From Macrostomum lignano (lineage: Eukaryota), in assembly GCA_002269645.1 (NCBI GenBank), contig NIVC01001502.1, positions 62,001-126,000 on the forward strand: DNA of 64,000 nt, read 5' to 3'. Position numbers and translations under genes: made by a program. Positions 47,846 to 61,704 of the stretch are shown here, in pieces; position 1 is the first letter of the stretch; each line of letters opens with the position of its first letter. The notes under the pieces were generated by a model that was not told the origin of the DNA, did not search any database, and was given only the letters and a program-made list of their open reading frames with translations.

Positions 47846-48340
47846 GACAGACAGTGAGCTCAAACACGACAGAGACGTCACAGTGAGCTCAAACATGACA
47901 GAGACGTCACAGTGAGCTCAAACATGACAGAGACGTCACAGTGAGCTCAAACACGACAGAGACGTCACAGTGAGCTCAAACACGACAGAGACGTCACAGT
48001 GAGCTCAAACACGACAGAGACTCACAGTGAGCTCAAAGACGACAGAAACTGTCACAGTGAGCTCAAACACGACAGAGACTGTCACAGTGAACTCAAACAT
48101 GACAGAGACGTCACACTGAACTCAAACATGACAGAGACGTCACACTGAACTCAAACATGACAGAGACGTCACAGTGAACTCAAACATGACAGAGACGTCA
48201 CAGTGAGCTCAAACATGACAGACGTCACAGTCAACTCAAACACGACAGAAACTGTCACAGTGAACTCAAACATGACAGAGACGTCAGAGTCAACTCAAAC
48301 GCGACAAAGACTCACAGTGAACTCAAACATGACAGAGATT
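47846..48340. repeat. 29-bp minisatellite (gacagagacgtcacagtgagctcaaacat)
   Basis: Units visible. Confidence 0.95.
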
Positions 48341-48525
48341 TTTGGGATGTCAAGACTTCTATAAATTGTCAATTCAAGTAATCTGTAAACATGGAGTCTG
48401 CAGAGTGCAGACTTCTGCAGCTTCGGTCTGTGGCTCAGCAGTATAAATGGTAGGGTAGAGATTTCGGTGTTTTATTTTATTCATTTGGGCTAGCGATCGG
48501 ACAGTCGAAGTCAGCTCCAACTCAC

Positions 48526-48845
48526 CAGTGTGGTATCGCTGCCGCCAACAATGCTCAGTCCGAGACTACTCGAACCTTTGTCAATCTCAATCGTAGTCTC
48601 TTGGCCAGCTACTATTTGACGGGTGGCCGGATTTGCAGAGGACGACTGCGCGTCCGACAACTCAGGCGGTTTATTTGAATCCCGCTTGTCCTTGCCGTCC
48701 TTCACCATGTGTTGGCCAGCAGATTTTGCAGTCTCGCTGATTCCCTCCTCCTTGTTCTTAGTAGAATCTCCTTGGCAGTTATTACTAGCCGCTGCTGCTG
48801 CTGCTGCTGGTGGTACTGCTGCGGCTCGGGAACTCTTGGCAGCAG
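48526..48845 (-). CDS. MPDZ: MPDZ-like exon (linker and start of PDZ10-like domain)
   Basis: NPATRQIVAGQETTIEIDKGSSSLGLSIVGGSDTTL; phase 1/0; donor GTGAGT. Confidence 0.9.
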
Positions 48846-50064
48846 CTGTGCAGTGAAAAATGGAAGGAAAAAGTTCTTTTAATAATATATAATACACGGC
48901 TTCTATCTTAGTTACACGCGTACAGGAACAACTTTCCTCGGGCCGGGGGTTGGGGAAGCGAGGATTCTAGAAGAGAATTTAAGGTCTTTAGTAGTTAGGA
49001 GAAGAAAGAGATAGAATGCACTGCAGGGCGCAGGAGGGTGGGGGAGGCTGCGGCAGTGGCGACGGATTGGGAGAGAAAAAAGGGGAGAGAGATTCTGCCT
49101 GTTTAGCCCCCCCCCCTCCCAACCCACATACCCCGGCAGAGCCAAGGCCATCTCAGAAGCAGAGTCTGTCAATAAACAGCCCAGTGGTCCATCGCTCTGT
49201 GCTCTGCTGTGCCAGCGGCCAGGCTCGATTCCAAGTGCAGTCACAATAATCATTTGGGGCTAAATTGGAATCTTGGCTTGGCTCTGCTCGAGCAATTAAC
49301 GCCCAGCTTGAGGGCCAACCCTCAAGACATACAGTGAAGTGTACATGCCTAACGATAAATAAAGTTAGGGCCGCTGTACACTCCTGTGAGTGTGTGCCTG
49401 TGCGTATGACCCCCTGGATATCAGCGCGCTTGTGTGCCTGCTCAGGGGAGTCGGCGGAATGGGCAGTAATGCCTCTCGCCGTTTGTGCGCCTAAAAGTGC
49501 GCCCTGCCTCCGACATCAAATCCATGCGCCGAACCGAATGTCATCATTTAAAACGAGACCAATTTAACCAACAAACCAGACGCTAAGCTGAGATTGCTGT
49601 TGCAAGTGTAAACTTGCGATTATAGAATACGACGAAGGAAGGAAGAACTGGCGCACCAGATTCTGGATTCAGAAGTTCTCCTTGGCCCAAGCCTCGTGTT
49701 GTGTCTTCCCTTCCCTTCTCTATCCCTCACTCCCTGCCTCTCCCCGCGTCTGTTAGTTGTAACCCTCCAACTCCCCAACCCATTCGACAAGGGCAGGGCA
49801 GAACCACATAGCCTCTGTAGCTACAGGCAGGGTCAGACAGGACTGTGAATTTTGTAATGTTATTATACAAGCTGCTGAGAGTGACGCCTCTTGAAAAAGC
49901 AGGAAAAAACTGTGCAGAGGAACCTTTAAAGGCCGCGCCGGCAGGGGAGTGCTGGCCGATTGCCCATGAGAATCGAGAGTCCACGCTTATCCGATGAAAG
50001 TCCTCGGACCATGAAACTGAGAGTCCTCGTTCATAAGGATAAGAGTCCTTGGCTCTCTGGATAA

Positions 50065-51020
50065 GAATTCTATGAGAGTCCTCACCCATACTTTGAGAGT
50101 CCTCACCCATACTATGAGAGTCCTCACCCATACTATGAGAGTCCTCACCCATACTATGAGAATCCTCACCCATACTATGAGCATACATGCGCAACAGTCG
50201 GCCGAGTCGGCCGATCCGGCCGACCGATTTGGCGGCCAACCAAGGTAAGTCGCAAAAATGCCCACCCGAAAGAATCATACGTAGTACTAATTAGATGACG
50301 AGGCATTTAGCCCTTATAAGACAGTCATAGTTACTCCTGCCGTTTACCCAAAATTGCGTTAATTTTGCTCAAGGGTTTCTTTTACAGGTAAGTCGCATTT
50401 TTGGCCAAAAACTACGTCGCATTTTTTGTTAAAACTAAGTCGCACGGCCGACCGAATTTTGGAGGTTGCGCATGTATGACTATGAGAGTCCTCACCCATA
50501 CTTTAAGAATCCTCACCCATACTTTAAGAATCCTCACCCATACCATGAGAGTTCCTCACCCATACTTTAAGAATCCTCACCCATACTATGAGAGTTCCTC
50601 ACCCATACTATGAGAGTTCTTCACCCATACTTTAAGAATCCTCACCCATACTTTAAGAATCCTCACCCATACTTTAAGAATCCTCACCCATACTATGAGA
50701 GTCCTCACCCATACTTTAAGAATCCTCACCCATACTTTAAGAATCCTCACCCATACTATGAGAGTCCTCACCCATACTTTAAGAATCCTCACCCATACTT
50801 TAAGAATCCTCACCCATACTTTAAGAATCCTCACCCATACTATGAGAGTCCTCACCCATACTTTAAGAATCCTCACCCATACTTTAAGAGTCCTCACCCA
50901 TACTATGAGAGTCCTCACCCGTACTTTAAGAATCCTCACCCATACTTTAAGAATCCTCACCCATACTATGAGAGTCCTCACCCATACTATGGGAATCCTC
51001 ACCCATACTATGAGTCCTCA
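50065..51020. repeat. 21-bp minisatellite (atcctcacccatactttaaga), split by a MITE
   Basis: Units on both sides of 50182-50478. Confidence 0.95.
50182..50478. mobile_element. Non-autonomous hAT-type MITE (297 bp)
   Basis: Perfect 14-bp TIR CATACATGCGCAAC/GTTGCGCATGTATG; 8-bp TSD ACTATGAG at 50174-50181 and 50479-50486; subterminal TAAGTCGCA repeats. Confidence 0.88.
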
Positions 51021-52004
51021 CATCTGATTTTTTCTCGCTCTGACTCTGAGATTGTGAATATTGCTTTCAGGGAATCAAATGTATTTCATGAATTACGTTT
51101 TTTCTCCTTTTTTACATAAAAAAAATACAACACTCCATACTCGTTCGTATTAATAATATAGCTGGTCATTTTATAATCTATAGTATAGAAATGGCTTACT
51201 TACCAGTAAAAGACTGCGTATAACTGACGCCGCTGTGTGCGCGTGCTTCAGGCTCTCGAGACAAGCTTAGCTTACACAGAGTTGGTGTCTGTCTCACTCT
51301 CAGAAAGATTTTTCTTCTTTAAACTAAATGCCGTTGGCCTCTAAACTCGGATCCAGCTAGCTGCTAAACTAAATAATTTAATTTATTCCACCAGCCCAAA
51401 GCCAACCAACCCCATTTTAGTTTACTCCAGTCGTCCAGTGGGTGATGGGTTTACTGAGCTAGACCAGTTGGCACTGTGGCTCTGGGAATGTACATTCCTG
51501 CTTCGTCACCCCTCGGACCCCAAACCCTAACCCCCAAAACCCTCCTTCCAATTCCAAATAGATTGCCAACCTATATAGAAATGATGTACATTTCAATTTA
51601 AGTAGAGTACGTTAGAGAGCTGCTAAAAATAGATCAGACCATTTCACCCCTATTGCGCACAATGCGTTTGTTTTTCCTGCCCATATCTTTTCAGCTTTAA
51701 GTTAAGGAAACATTTTAAAATAATTAATGCTCTTAAATCTTCAATGCATGAAATTTATTGAAAAGTGATCTAAAAGTGATATAACTCAGCAACATTGAAA
51801 ACCGCGCACCTTAGACCCAGTGCCGAAGGCTCTGGCTATTTCTCTAGTAGGGTGGAGGGCACTGGCGGTTTTGAATGTAGCTGAGTAAATAACTGCTTGT
51901 AAATGGAAGACCACAGGAGTTCCTAAGCCTAATCTAATTAGACTAGAGTAAAAATAAAAACTTCACAGCTTTAAGCATGACGAGCAATTAAAATAGGAGT
52001 GCCC

Positions 52005-52205
52005 AATCGGAGTTAGTGTCCCCAATCAGAGTGAGGATCGTGCCCAATATCTGAGTGAGGATCGTGCCCAATATCTGAGTGAGGAGTGCCCAATATCCAA
52101 GTGAGGAGTGCCCAATATCTGAGTGAGGAGTGCATAATATCTGAGTGAGGAGTGCCCAATATCCGAGTGAGGAGTGCCCAATATCTGAGTGAGGAGTGCC
52201 CAATT
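52005..52205. repeat. 22-bp intronic repeat (gagtgcccaatatctgagtgag)
   Basis: Units visible. Confidence 0.9.
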
Positions 52206-52244
52206 TGACTACTGAAAAGCCAAATAAAGACCGCGCCATCTCAC

Positions 52245-52614
52245 CGTCGCTGTCCGCAGCCTCAGGCGGCAGGGCGATCCGCACCTCCTTTCTCTGCTTA
52301 GTTTTGGTGGGTGCACCTGCGACCGGCTGAGCTGCCTGCGTCGCATCAGGAGCTGCTCCATCTGCACCATCAGCTGACTGCAAACGGCGTGCCACAGTGA
52401 TGACCACCTGACCAGACATTGATCGCAGCTTCTCCAGTGCTTCATCATAGGTAGCCTCGGCAAGCAGGAACTCGTTGGCTTTGATGAGCCGGTCTCCAGT
52501 TCTGAGGGAGCCCTCGGCAGCGGCGGGACCCTTCTCGGTGATGTGCTTCACGTATATGCCGGGCTCATTGTCTGCGTTGCTCTCCATGATAGCGAAGCCA
52601 AGGCCCTGCTTGCC
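52245..52614 (-). CDS. MPDZ: MPDZ-like exon (PDZ9-like domain)
   Basis: GKQGLGFAIMESNADNEPGIYVKHITEKGPAAAEGSLRTGDRLIKANE; phase 0/1. A NAGNAG acceptor could shift the boundary to 52617. Confidence 0.88.
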
Positions 52615-52764
52615 CTGCTCAAGGGGATGAGGTAATGATCGAAGGTGTTTGTTCCTGTGACAGCTTCTCTCCCAGCACTGTCAACGAAATTGCCTGCAAA
52701 ACTGTACCGAATCACAACAAAAACGTAAGAAGCCCTGAAATCATCCTTAATATGAGAGTAAAAG

Positions 52765-53510
52765 TGTACGTCCCAATAACCATCCCTAAATACGTCCCAA
52801 TAACCATCCCTAAATACGTCCCAATAACCATCCCTAAATACGTCCCAATAACCATCCCTAAATACGTCCTAATAACCATCCCTAAATACGTCCCAATAAC
52901 CATCCCTAAATACGTCCCAATAACCATCCCTAAATACGTCCCAATAACCATCCCTAAATGCGTCCCAATAACCATCCCTAAATACGTCCCAATAACCATC
53001 CCTAATACGTCCCAATAACCATCCCTAAATACGTCTCAATAACCATCCCTAATGCGTCCCAATAACCATCCCTAAATACGTCCCAATAACCATCCCTAAA
53101 TACGTCCCAATAACCATCCCTAATGCGTCCCAATAACCATCCCTAAATACGTCCCAATAACCATCCTAATGCGTCCCATAATAACCATCCTAACCATCCC
53201 TTAATACGTCCCAATAACCATCCAAATACGTCCCAATAACCATCCCTAATACGTCAAAGATAGTCATTCCAAACACGTCCTAATAACCATCCCTAATAAA
53301 TCAAAAATAGCCATTCCAAATACGTCCCAATAACCATCCAAATACGTCCCAATAACCATCCCTAATACGTCAAAGATAGTCATTCCAAACACGTCCTAAT
53401 AACCATCCCTAATAAATCAAAAATAGCCATTCCAAATACGTCCCAATAACCATTCCTAATACGTCCCAATAGCCATACCTAATGCGTCCCAATAACCATC
53501 CTAAATAAGC
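52765..53510. repeat. 24-bp minisatellite (tacgtcccaataaccatccctaaa)
   Basis: Units visible. Confidence 0.95.
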
Positions 53511-53765
53511 CTTAATACTATTGTATTCCCAACGAATGCAAAGTAAATTCTTATTTTATATCTATGGCTCAGCCATGGTTAAATATACAGACAAGTGAGT
53601 CGCAGCCCCAGAGGCTGATCATTATCTTCTTAGACAAGAGCGAGTGCACCAACAATACAACAAATACCACCTCAAAATCGGCCCTAATGCCGCCCGAAAA
53701 CCGCCATTAGTTCGCTTATCTATACTACTCCAAAACCGCCCCTGCAGTACCGCACTCATACTCAC

Positions 53766-53999
53766 CTTAACCAGAGTACAGGTGATTTCAATCCCATACT
53801 TTCCAACCGAGTCAACGGTCTTTGAGTCATCAGCTGACTGCGCCGCAGCGGTGGCATCTTCGGCAACTTTAACGGTAACTCCGTTTCCCGTAGGCTGCTC
53901 TGTTACAGCGGCCGGAGTTTGGGCTTCTCCTTCGTTTGCCGATTTTAAACTGTCGGACTCTGCGATGGGTCCAGCTGAATTGCCAGTTGTTATTGTCGT
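53766..53999 (-). CDS. MPDZ: MPDZ-like linker exon ending in the first strand of a PDZ domain (IEITCTLVK)
   Basis: 234 nt, phase 0/0, CTCCAG acceptor, GTGAGT donor. Confidence 0.85.
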
Positions 54000-54144
54000 C
54001 TGGAGGAGGTTGGGGTTGGCGCCACGAATGAGGTGGCTATGCAATTTTGGAATGAGGGAAAGGGGTTTGGGGTTTGAATAAACTTCTGGACAGCCAATCA
54101 GGAATGAAGATTTCCATATACAATGGAGATGAAGTCGGGAATGC

Positions 54145-54275
54145 GGATTTGATTCAGGAATGAGGATTTGAGTTAGGAATGAGGATTTGAGTCAGGAATC
54201 AGGGTTTGAGTCAGGAATGAGGATTTAAGTCAAGAATGAGGATTTGAGTCAGGAATGAGGATTTGAGTCAGGAAT
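54145..54275. repeat. 19-bp intronic repeat (gaggatttgagtcaggaat)
   Basis: Units visible. Confidence 0.85.
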
Positions 54276-54319
54276 AAGAACTCAACTTGCAGAACAAAGA
54301 CAGATCACTTCAGACTCAC

Positions 54320-54496
54320 ATTGCTATCTTCTGCATCAAGCGGCAGACTGTGCGGCGGCTGCAGCGGCTTCACAGCCATTGAAGCTATCGAATCCGACCG
54401 CCTGGCAACCACCAGCTTGACGATTCGGCCGCCGCATTCCGCAATCACCGGGGCCGCGTTTAGGTGCGACTTGCCTTGCAATGACTGGCCGTTCAC
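54320..54496 (-). CDS. MPDZ: MPDZ-like exon (PDZ8-like C-half)
   Basis: VNGQSLQGKSHLNAAPVIAECGGRIVKLVVARRSDSIASMAVKP; phase 0/0. Confidence 0.9.
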
Positions 54497-54573
54497 CTGA
54501 GCAAGGATTGAAATTACTGTATGAAATCTTGCTCACTACTTACAGTAGCAAACACTGACTATTAAATTTGACG

Positions 54574-55203
<630 letters not shown>

Positions 55204-55400
55204 CTCGAGCAGTTCGTCGCCCACTTTGAGCCGGCCATCAGCCGCCGCAGCTCCATCTGGCCGGATGCCGCAGACGAAAACGGACATCTGTCCGGGATCC
55301 CGATGGCCGGACAGTGCGAGGCCCAGGTTGTGCCTGCCGCTTTTCTCTATGGCCAACAGACAGACTGACAGATAACCCGGATACTTGATTGACAGGTGCT
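55204..55400 (-). CDS. MPDZ: MPDZ-like exon (PDZ8-like N-half)
   Basis: IEKSGRHNLGLALSGHRDPGQMSVFVCGIRPDGAAAADGRLKVGDELLE; phase 1/0. Not in the ORF track. Confidence 0.92.
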
Positions 55401-55491
55401 CTGCGAAATGATTTATAAGTTTAGTATGAGTTTTTCAGTATTTCTAAATAGTTTTAAGGGTTTCCTGATGACACTAAAAATCGGTACTCAC

Positions 55492-55576
55492 TGTCGGGAT
55501 CAGCCAGAGGGTAACCGAACTCGTCATCGCCTGATACTGTTGCGGGGACCGAGTTCGAATTCGAATGGCGGGTTTC
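55492..55576 (-). CDS. MPDZ: MPDZ-like small exon
   Basis: Contains DDEFGY, a motif found before PDZ8 in MPDZ; phase 0/1 joins the next exon in frame. Confidence 0.85.
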
Positions 55577-55724
55577 CTGGAAATCGAATGATTTTGTTAA
55601 AGTACATGTACTTAGGAAAATGCTTCGTTCGACCAACAAGTACAATATAACTTGTACGAGTATAGGGTGCAGTGTACCTGATGGAAGAACCTTAGGTCTT
55701 ATTACTTTTCATTCGGGTTTCAGA

Positions 55725-56230
55725 AAAGATTGTGTCAGATTGAAGATTGTGTCAGGTTGGAGGTTGTGTTAGGCTGGAGGTTGTGTCAGGTTGGAGGTTG
55801 TGTCAGATTGGAGGTTGTGTCAGATTGGAGGTTGTGTCAGATTAGGGGATTGTGTCAGATTGGAGGTTGTGTCAGATTAGGGGATTGTGTCAGATTGGAG
55901 GTTGTGTCAGATTGGAGGTTGTGTCAGATTGGAGGTTGTGTCAGATTGGAGGTTGTGTCAGATTGGAGGTTGTGTCAGGTTGGAGGTTGTGTCAGATTGG
56001 AGGTTGTGTCAGATTGGAGGTTGTGTCAAATTGGAGGTCATGTCAGATTGGAGGTTGTGTCGGATTGGAGGTTGTGTCAGATTGGAGGTTGTGTCAGATT
56101 GGAGGTTGTGTCAGGTTGGAGTTGTGTCAGATTGGAGGTTGTGTCAGATTGGAGGTTGTGTCAGGTTGGAGTTGTGTCAGACTAGAAGTTGTGTCAGATT
56201 GGAGGTTGTGTCAGGTTGGGGGACTGTATC
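55725..56230. repeat. 17-bp minisatellite (tgtgtcagattggaggt)
   Basis: Units visible. Confidence 0.95.
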
Positions 56231-56779
56231 AGATGTTATCCACGAGTCCCAAATAACTGTATGAGAAATGGCAAGCATGATAGAAGTGCAGAACTACATA
56301 GGAACAAATATCAGTGTCTTCGAGTTTGGACCAACGAATTCCCCTTAGTACGGAGAAAAAATTTTAAAAAAGCAAATGATTTGCTTTCTAAACCAAGCTA
56401 GACGACCTTCCTGCTGAAAGAGAACGGAGGGGGCGTTGGTCCGTGAGGGCAGATCGGCAACACTGACGAGTCCGCGGTAGGGAGGAACCTCGCCGCCTCC
56501 GGACAGATTCGATGACATTTTTGTTTGCTCATCGGGTTTGCTCTGGCCCTCTCTGGGGCTCCCATTCCCCACGTCATCTCACTCAGGCTCAGGCCAGTCC
56601 AGAGTGGCGATAGCTACGGAACTGAAGTGAAAGTGCAGACGGAGGAGAGCTGTGGAGCGTGTGCCATGGAAACTAGAGAAATCGCCAGTTTGCGTTTGGG
56701 TGGAGATTAAGCTATGGAAGTGTGTCTGCCGGTTCGAGCAAAACAAGGCTGAATTTTGTTGAAATTCGATACCTTGTGG

Positions 56780-57540
56780 GGGTGGGGGCAGCAAGTGGCT
56801 CACCGAAGGATCAGGGAGGGGCAGCAAGTGGCTCACTGAAGGATCAGGGAGGGGCAGCAAGTGGCTCACTGAAGGATCAGGGAGGGGCAGCAAGTGGCTC
56901 ACTGAAGGATCAGGGAGGGGGTAGCAAGTGACTCACTGAAGGATCAGGGAGGGGCAGCAAGTGGCTCACTGAAGGATCAGGGAGGGGGTAGCAGGTGACT
57001 CACTGAAGGATCAGGGAGGAGCAGCAGGTGGCTCACTGAAGGATCAGGGAGGGGCAGCAAGCAGCTCACTGAAGGATCAGGGAGGAGCAGCAAGCGGCTC
57101 ACTGAAGGATCAGGGAGGAGCAGCAGGTGGCTCACTGAAGGATCAGGGAGGGGCAGCAAGCGGCTCACTGAAGGATCAGGGAGGAGCAGCAAGCGGCTCA
57201 CTGAAGGATCAGGGAGGAGCAGCAAGTGGCTCACTGAAGGATCAGGGAGGAGCAGCAAGTGGCTCACTGAAGGATCAGGGAGGGGCAGCAAGTGGCTCAC
57301 TGAAGGATCAGGGAGGGGCAGCAAGTGGCTCACTGAAGGATCAGGGAGGGGCAGCAAGTGGCTCACTGAAGGATCAGGGAGGGGCAGCAAGTGGCTCACT
57401 GAAGGATCAGGGAGGGGCAGCAAGTGGCTCACTGAAGGATCAGGGAGGGGGTAGCAAGTGGCTCACCGAAGGATCAGGGAGGGGGCAGCAAGTGGCTCAC
57501 TGAAGGATCAGGGAGGGGGTAGCAAGTGGCTCACCGAAGC
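56780..57540. repeat. 33-bp minisatellite (gcagcaagtggctcactgaaggatcagggaggg)
   Basis: Units visible. Confidence 0.95.
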
Positions 57541-58163
57541 ACCAAAAGGGTGAAGCGTCACTCGGAAAGCAATCAATGGCAGCAGTGGGAGGTTAAAGGC
57601 TTGTTAATATAAAATTATAAAGGCAGGCCAACAAATCTGTTGACAGCCAGACTGATTAACGAATGGTTGTGATGAGTTTTCCTGTCAAGATGAGAATTAA
57701 TATTTTGCACGGCGCTGTTTATCAATATTTCAAGATTGATGGTGGAGTCGCTGAGGAGCTCAACAGGCTCGGGATTTTTTTCCTCTTTGTCCCAGTTACT
57801 TGACAGACTAATTTGGCACTATTATTAAAAACTGAGCTCCCCGTGACGTGAGAAAGATTGGGATTAGAAAGAGAGTGAAAGTCAATTTCATTCTTTTATA
57901 AGTTCAACTCGATTTTGGGAGTTTTTGGAGGGTAATCCTTGCTGATTCGCCTGAACGAGCATTGTTGAACCTGTAGCTAAAGATGGAAAGGTCTCTCAAC
58001 TGTTCAGAACTTTCTTAGCTTGAGTTCTCCCTTAGTTTGGATTGGGAAATGCCTGTCTGTGAGTCTGGGAGCTGGGAGCTGGGAGAGCTGGTGCCTGCAT
58101 GCGTGTCAGTTCGTCTCCACGGCACATGCTTGCAGAGTGGGATATCAATCACTACAGCCTCAC

Positions 58164-58196
58164 CGTCTCGACCCCTGCTGCAGCGTCATCATCACT

Positions 58197-58232
<36 letters not shown>

Positions 58233-58355
58233 GGAATCAGCAGAATCCTCAGTGGTAGCAGCAGCAGCAGCCACCCTACCATCGGGTTCGTCACCACCAG
58301 GAGACAGAGCCACCGCCCCAGTCAGGTAGGCGGTGCCCCGGCTAAACAGAAGCCG
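58164..58355 (-). CDS. Possible low-complexity (poly-Ala) linker exon of the PDZ gene; acceptor uncertain
   Basis: Donor ACG|GTGAGG, TGCAG acceptor, 192 nt phase 0/0; no homology recognised. Confidence 0.35.
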
Positions 58356-58658
58356 CTGCAAGCTGCGGCAGATGCAGCACCTGCGACACGTCATAATTCT
58401 CTGAACTTCTCAACTGCTGGCCTTCCGTGAGCACTGCTCCAGCTCTTGTCTAGCGAGGACCGATCGCGGGTCACATTTTTAGAGAACTGACTCGCTTCCT
58501 CCTCTTCCTCCATCCTCATCGTTTGTCTGTCCCCTCATCCCCGGTTTGTTTTGCGATTCTGAGCTCGGGTCCCGTCTCGCACTCTCTCCTGCTCGTCTCT
58601 GACTGGCTCCCAGACCCAGCCTCATCCGGGCATTAGCAAATTTCTTTCCCCAGCTTAC

Positions 58659-58821
58659 CCCCCTTGCTTTTCCTCCGCTCTTTCCCCATCCTTCTCTGCT
58701 TTTCCTGCTCCTCCAGTTTTGCAGAGGCGATTCTTTCAAGACTAAGGCGGGGATTATCGTGCATCGAAGTTGCGAGCAATGAATTCTGATTGCTGAGACT
58801 GGCTGGGTTTGGGCTATACAT
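58659..58821 (-). CDS. Possible alternative exon of the PDZ gene
   Basis: TGCAG acceptor, GTAAGC donor, open frame MYSPNPAS...KERRKSKG; no phase-compatible next exon found. Confidence 0.25.
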
Positions 58822-59019
58822 CTGCATATACTCTGTTGCACTAAATAAAAAGACGTGTGAATCATCCCGTGTTGAATACGAGTGTGGGGGGGGGCTGTGG
58901 TTGCGGGTGCACAATGGATACATAGAAATGCGATGACTTGAAACTGTTCTGATTTTAAATCTGCCCCTAAGCTGTGAGGTCTGTACATGTACAGCTAGCT
59001 TAGGCATTTTATATTTCCT

Positions 59020-59235
59020 CTCCCCTCTCCCTCCCCTCTCTCTCCTCTCTCCTCTTTCCCCTCTCCCTCTCCTCTCCTTCTTATCTCCCCCCTCTAATCT
59101 CTCCCTCTCCCTCTAATCTCTCCCTCTCCCTCTTATCACTCCCCACTCCCTCTTATCTCTCCCTCTCTCTCTTATCTCTCCCTCTCCCTCTTATCACTCC
59201 CCACTCCCTCTTATCTCTCCCCCTCTTTCTTTCTT
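59020..59235. repeat. Polypyrimidine (CT-rich) repeat
   Basis: Visible in the sequence. Confidence 0.85.
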
Positions 59236-59724
59236 GTACAACTACTCCTATCCCTCACTCTGTTTTGTTTCTTTCCCGCCTCTCACCCAACGTCATTCCC
59301 TACACCTCCCTATTGGCACAGTTAATCTCCATAAATAACTAATTAATTATATATCTGCACAATGGCAGTGGATATTGCGTTCACTTAGAAACCCCCTGAC
59401 TCAACCAGAGTGCTTAAAGCCCAGTTATTCGCCTCGCTCCTCACGTGCATCCTTTTTGGGGCCGGGCAATTTGTACCGAGCCAAATATTTATTAATCCCC
59501 CTTCCGAACAATCAGCACCTGGTCCATTAGCGCAGATAGATAGACACTGTTTCTAATTTTAGAAGCAGAAAACACTAATGAGATCTTTATACCTGCGAAT
59601 TAATATGATCTGCCGTAAGCAACCGCAATTGGCTGCTGCTTGTCAGGTCAGATTAATACAACTAAACCGATCCAGGGGAGAACTGCTATTCGCTTCCAGG
59701 AAACTGCTCTTGGCCATAGACAAT

Positions 59725-60512
59725 AAAGCCAGTCAAGCTGATAAAAAGCCAGTCAAGCTGATAAACAGCCAGTCAAGCTGATAAACTGCCAGTCAAGCTG
59801 ATAAAAGCCAGACAAGCTGATAAAAAGCCAGTCAAGCTAATAAAAAGCCAGTCAAGCTAATAAAAAGCCAGTCAAGCTAATAAAAAGCCAGTCAAGCTAA
59901 TAAATGCCAGTCAAGCTAATAAATGCCAGTCAAGCTAATAAAAAGCCAGTCAAGCTGATAAAAAGCCAGTCAAGCTGATAAACTGCCAGTCAAGCTGATA
60001 AACTGCCAGTCAAGCTGATAAACTGCCAGTCAAGCTGATAAAAAGCCAGTCAAGCTGATAAAAAGCCAGACAAGCTGATAAAAAGCCAGACAAGCTGATA
60101 AAAAGCCAGTCAAGCTGATAAAAAGCCAGACAAGCTGATAAAAAGCCAGTCAAGCTGATAAAAAGCCAGTCAAGCTGATAAACTGCCAGTCAAGCTAATA
60201 AAAAGCCAGTCAAGCTGATAAACTGCCAGTCAAGCTGATGAAAAGCCAGTCAAGCTGATAAACTGCCAGTCAAGCTAATAAAAAGCCAGTCAAGCTGATA
60301 AAAAGCCAGTCAAGCTGATAAACTGCCAGTCAAGCTAATAAACAGCCAGTCAAGCTGATAAAAAGCCAGTCAAGCTGATAAAAAGCCAGACAAGCTGATA
60401 AAAAGCCAGTCAAGCTGATAAACTGCCAGTCAAGCTAATAAAAAGCCAGTCAAGCTGATAAAAAGCCAGTCAAGCTGATAAACAGCCAGTCAAGCTGATA
60501 AACAGCCAGTCA
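59725..60512. repeat. 20-bp minisatellite (gccagtcaagctgataaaaa)
   Basis: Units visible. Confidence 0.95.
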
Positions 60513-60545
60513 GGTTTGCTGTGGTAAACTTTAATCCTCTATGTA

Positions 60546-60559
60546 GTTGCCATAGCGAC
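60546..60559. promoter_or_regulatory. RFX X-box motif GTTGCCATAGCGAC
   Basis: Fits the 14-bp X-box pattern; function untested. Confidence 0.45.
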
Positions 60560-60904
60560 GCGAAATCAGTTTATCTGATTATGCATTTTCACGAGGCAGT
60601 TTAATGCACCGCTAACAGCAGTTCTTAAGCGACTACTAACTAGGAACGTAGATTCCAATCGCGTGCAGTCTTCATTTTCCCCTCAGACAACCCGAATTTC
60701 GATCGATAAAGGAAAATTTCTAAGGGAAATCTGCTCCCTTCCTGCTGGAGAAGAATTCGAGATGACACGCAAAATACAGAATTAGAAAATTGCTTGTTGA
60801 GGAACACGTGAGGTTAAGCTGCTGCATATAGGTTCAATTGTAGATCGTACTTCTAGCTTCTTTAAGTAATATTTTATAGGTTGTAACTATCCTAACCTTT
60901 TTTT

Positions 60905-61480
60905 AGGATGTCATCCTGACACCCTGCCATCCTGCCATCTTGACATCCTGACATCCTGACATCCTGACACCCTGCCATCCTGACACCCTGCCATCCTGAC
61001 ACCCTGCCATCCTGACACCCTTCCATCCTCACATCCTGACATCCTGACATCCTGGCACCAGCTGCCATCCTGACACCCTGGCATCCTGACACCCTGTCAT
61101 CCTGACACCCTGTCATCCTGACATCCTGCCATCTTTACACCCTGCCATCTTGACACCCTGCCATCTTGACACCTCGCCATCTTGACATCCTGCCATCCTG
61201 ACATCCTGACATCCTGACATCCTGACATCCTGACATCCTGGCACCCTGCCATCCTCACACCCTGGCATCCTGACACCCTGGCATCCTGACACCCTGTCAT
61301 CCTGACATCCTGCCATCTTTACACCCTACCATCTTGACACCCTGCCATCTTGACACCCTGCCATCCTCACACCCTGCCATCCTGCCATCCTGACATGTCA
61401 TCCTGATATGCCATACTTCCATATCCTGACATTCTGACATCCTGCCATCCTGACATTCTGACATCCTGACATCCTGCCAC
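60905..61480. repeat. 8/9-bp-based composite repeat (catcctgac / accctgc)
   Basis: Units visible. Confidence 0.9.
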
Positions 61481-61502
61481 TGTATTTGAACTGCTCACTC
61501 AC

Positions 61503-61637
61503 CGCACTGTCCAGCGTCCCAGCTGTTGCCGGATTTCCGTCCGTAGCTTCATCCGCACCGACGTCCCAGGCGGGCACTTCGGCTATGGGTGGCTCGGGTG
61601 TCAGCGCCGGCCTGCTGCTCGATTCGGAGTCGCTGGG
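61503..61637 (-). CDS. Probable linker exon of the PDZ gene (gene likely continues beyond the window)
   Basis: TTTCTCTCAG acceptor, GTGAGT donor, 135 nt phase 0/0, GC-rich open frame PSDSESSSRP...EVPAWDVG between two minisatellites. Confidence 0.6.
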
Positions 61638-61704
61638 CTGAGAGAAATTGGGTTTGATTTTTTGTTTATCTTAACGTCTTTGGCGTTGATTTGACAGTTT
61701 GTGT

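Noticed and set aside
56345-56770. Possible PDZ-gene exon (…GGGEVPPYRG…)
   Set aside because: No convincing acceptor/donor pair or phase fit, an in-frame TGA upstream, and no recognisable homology.
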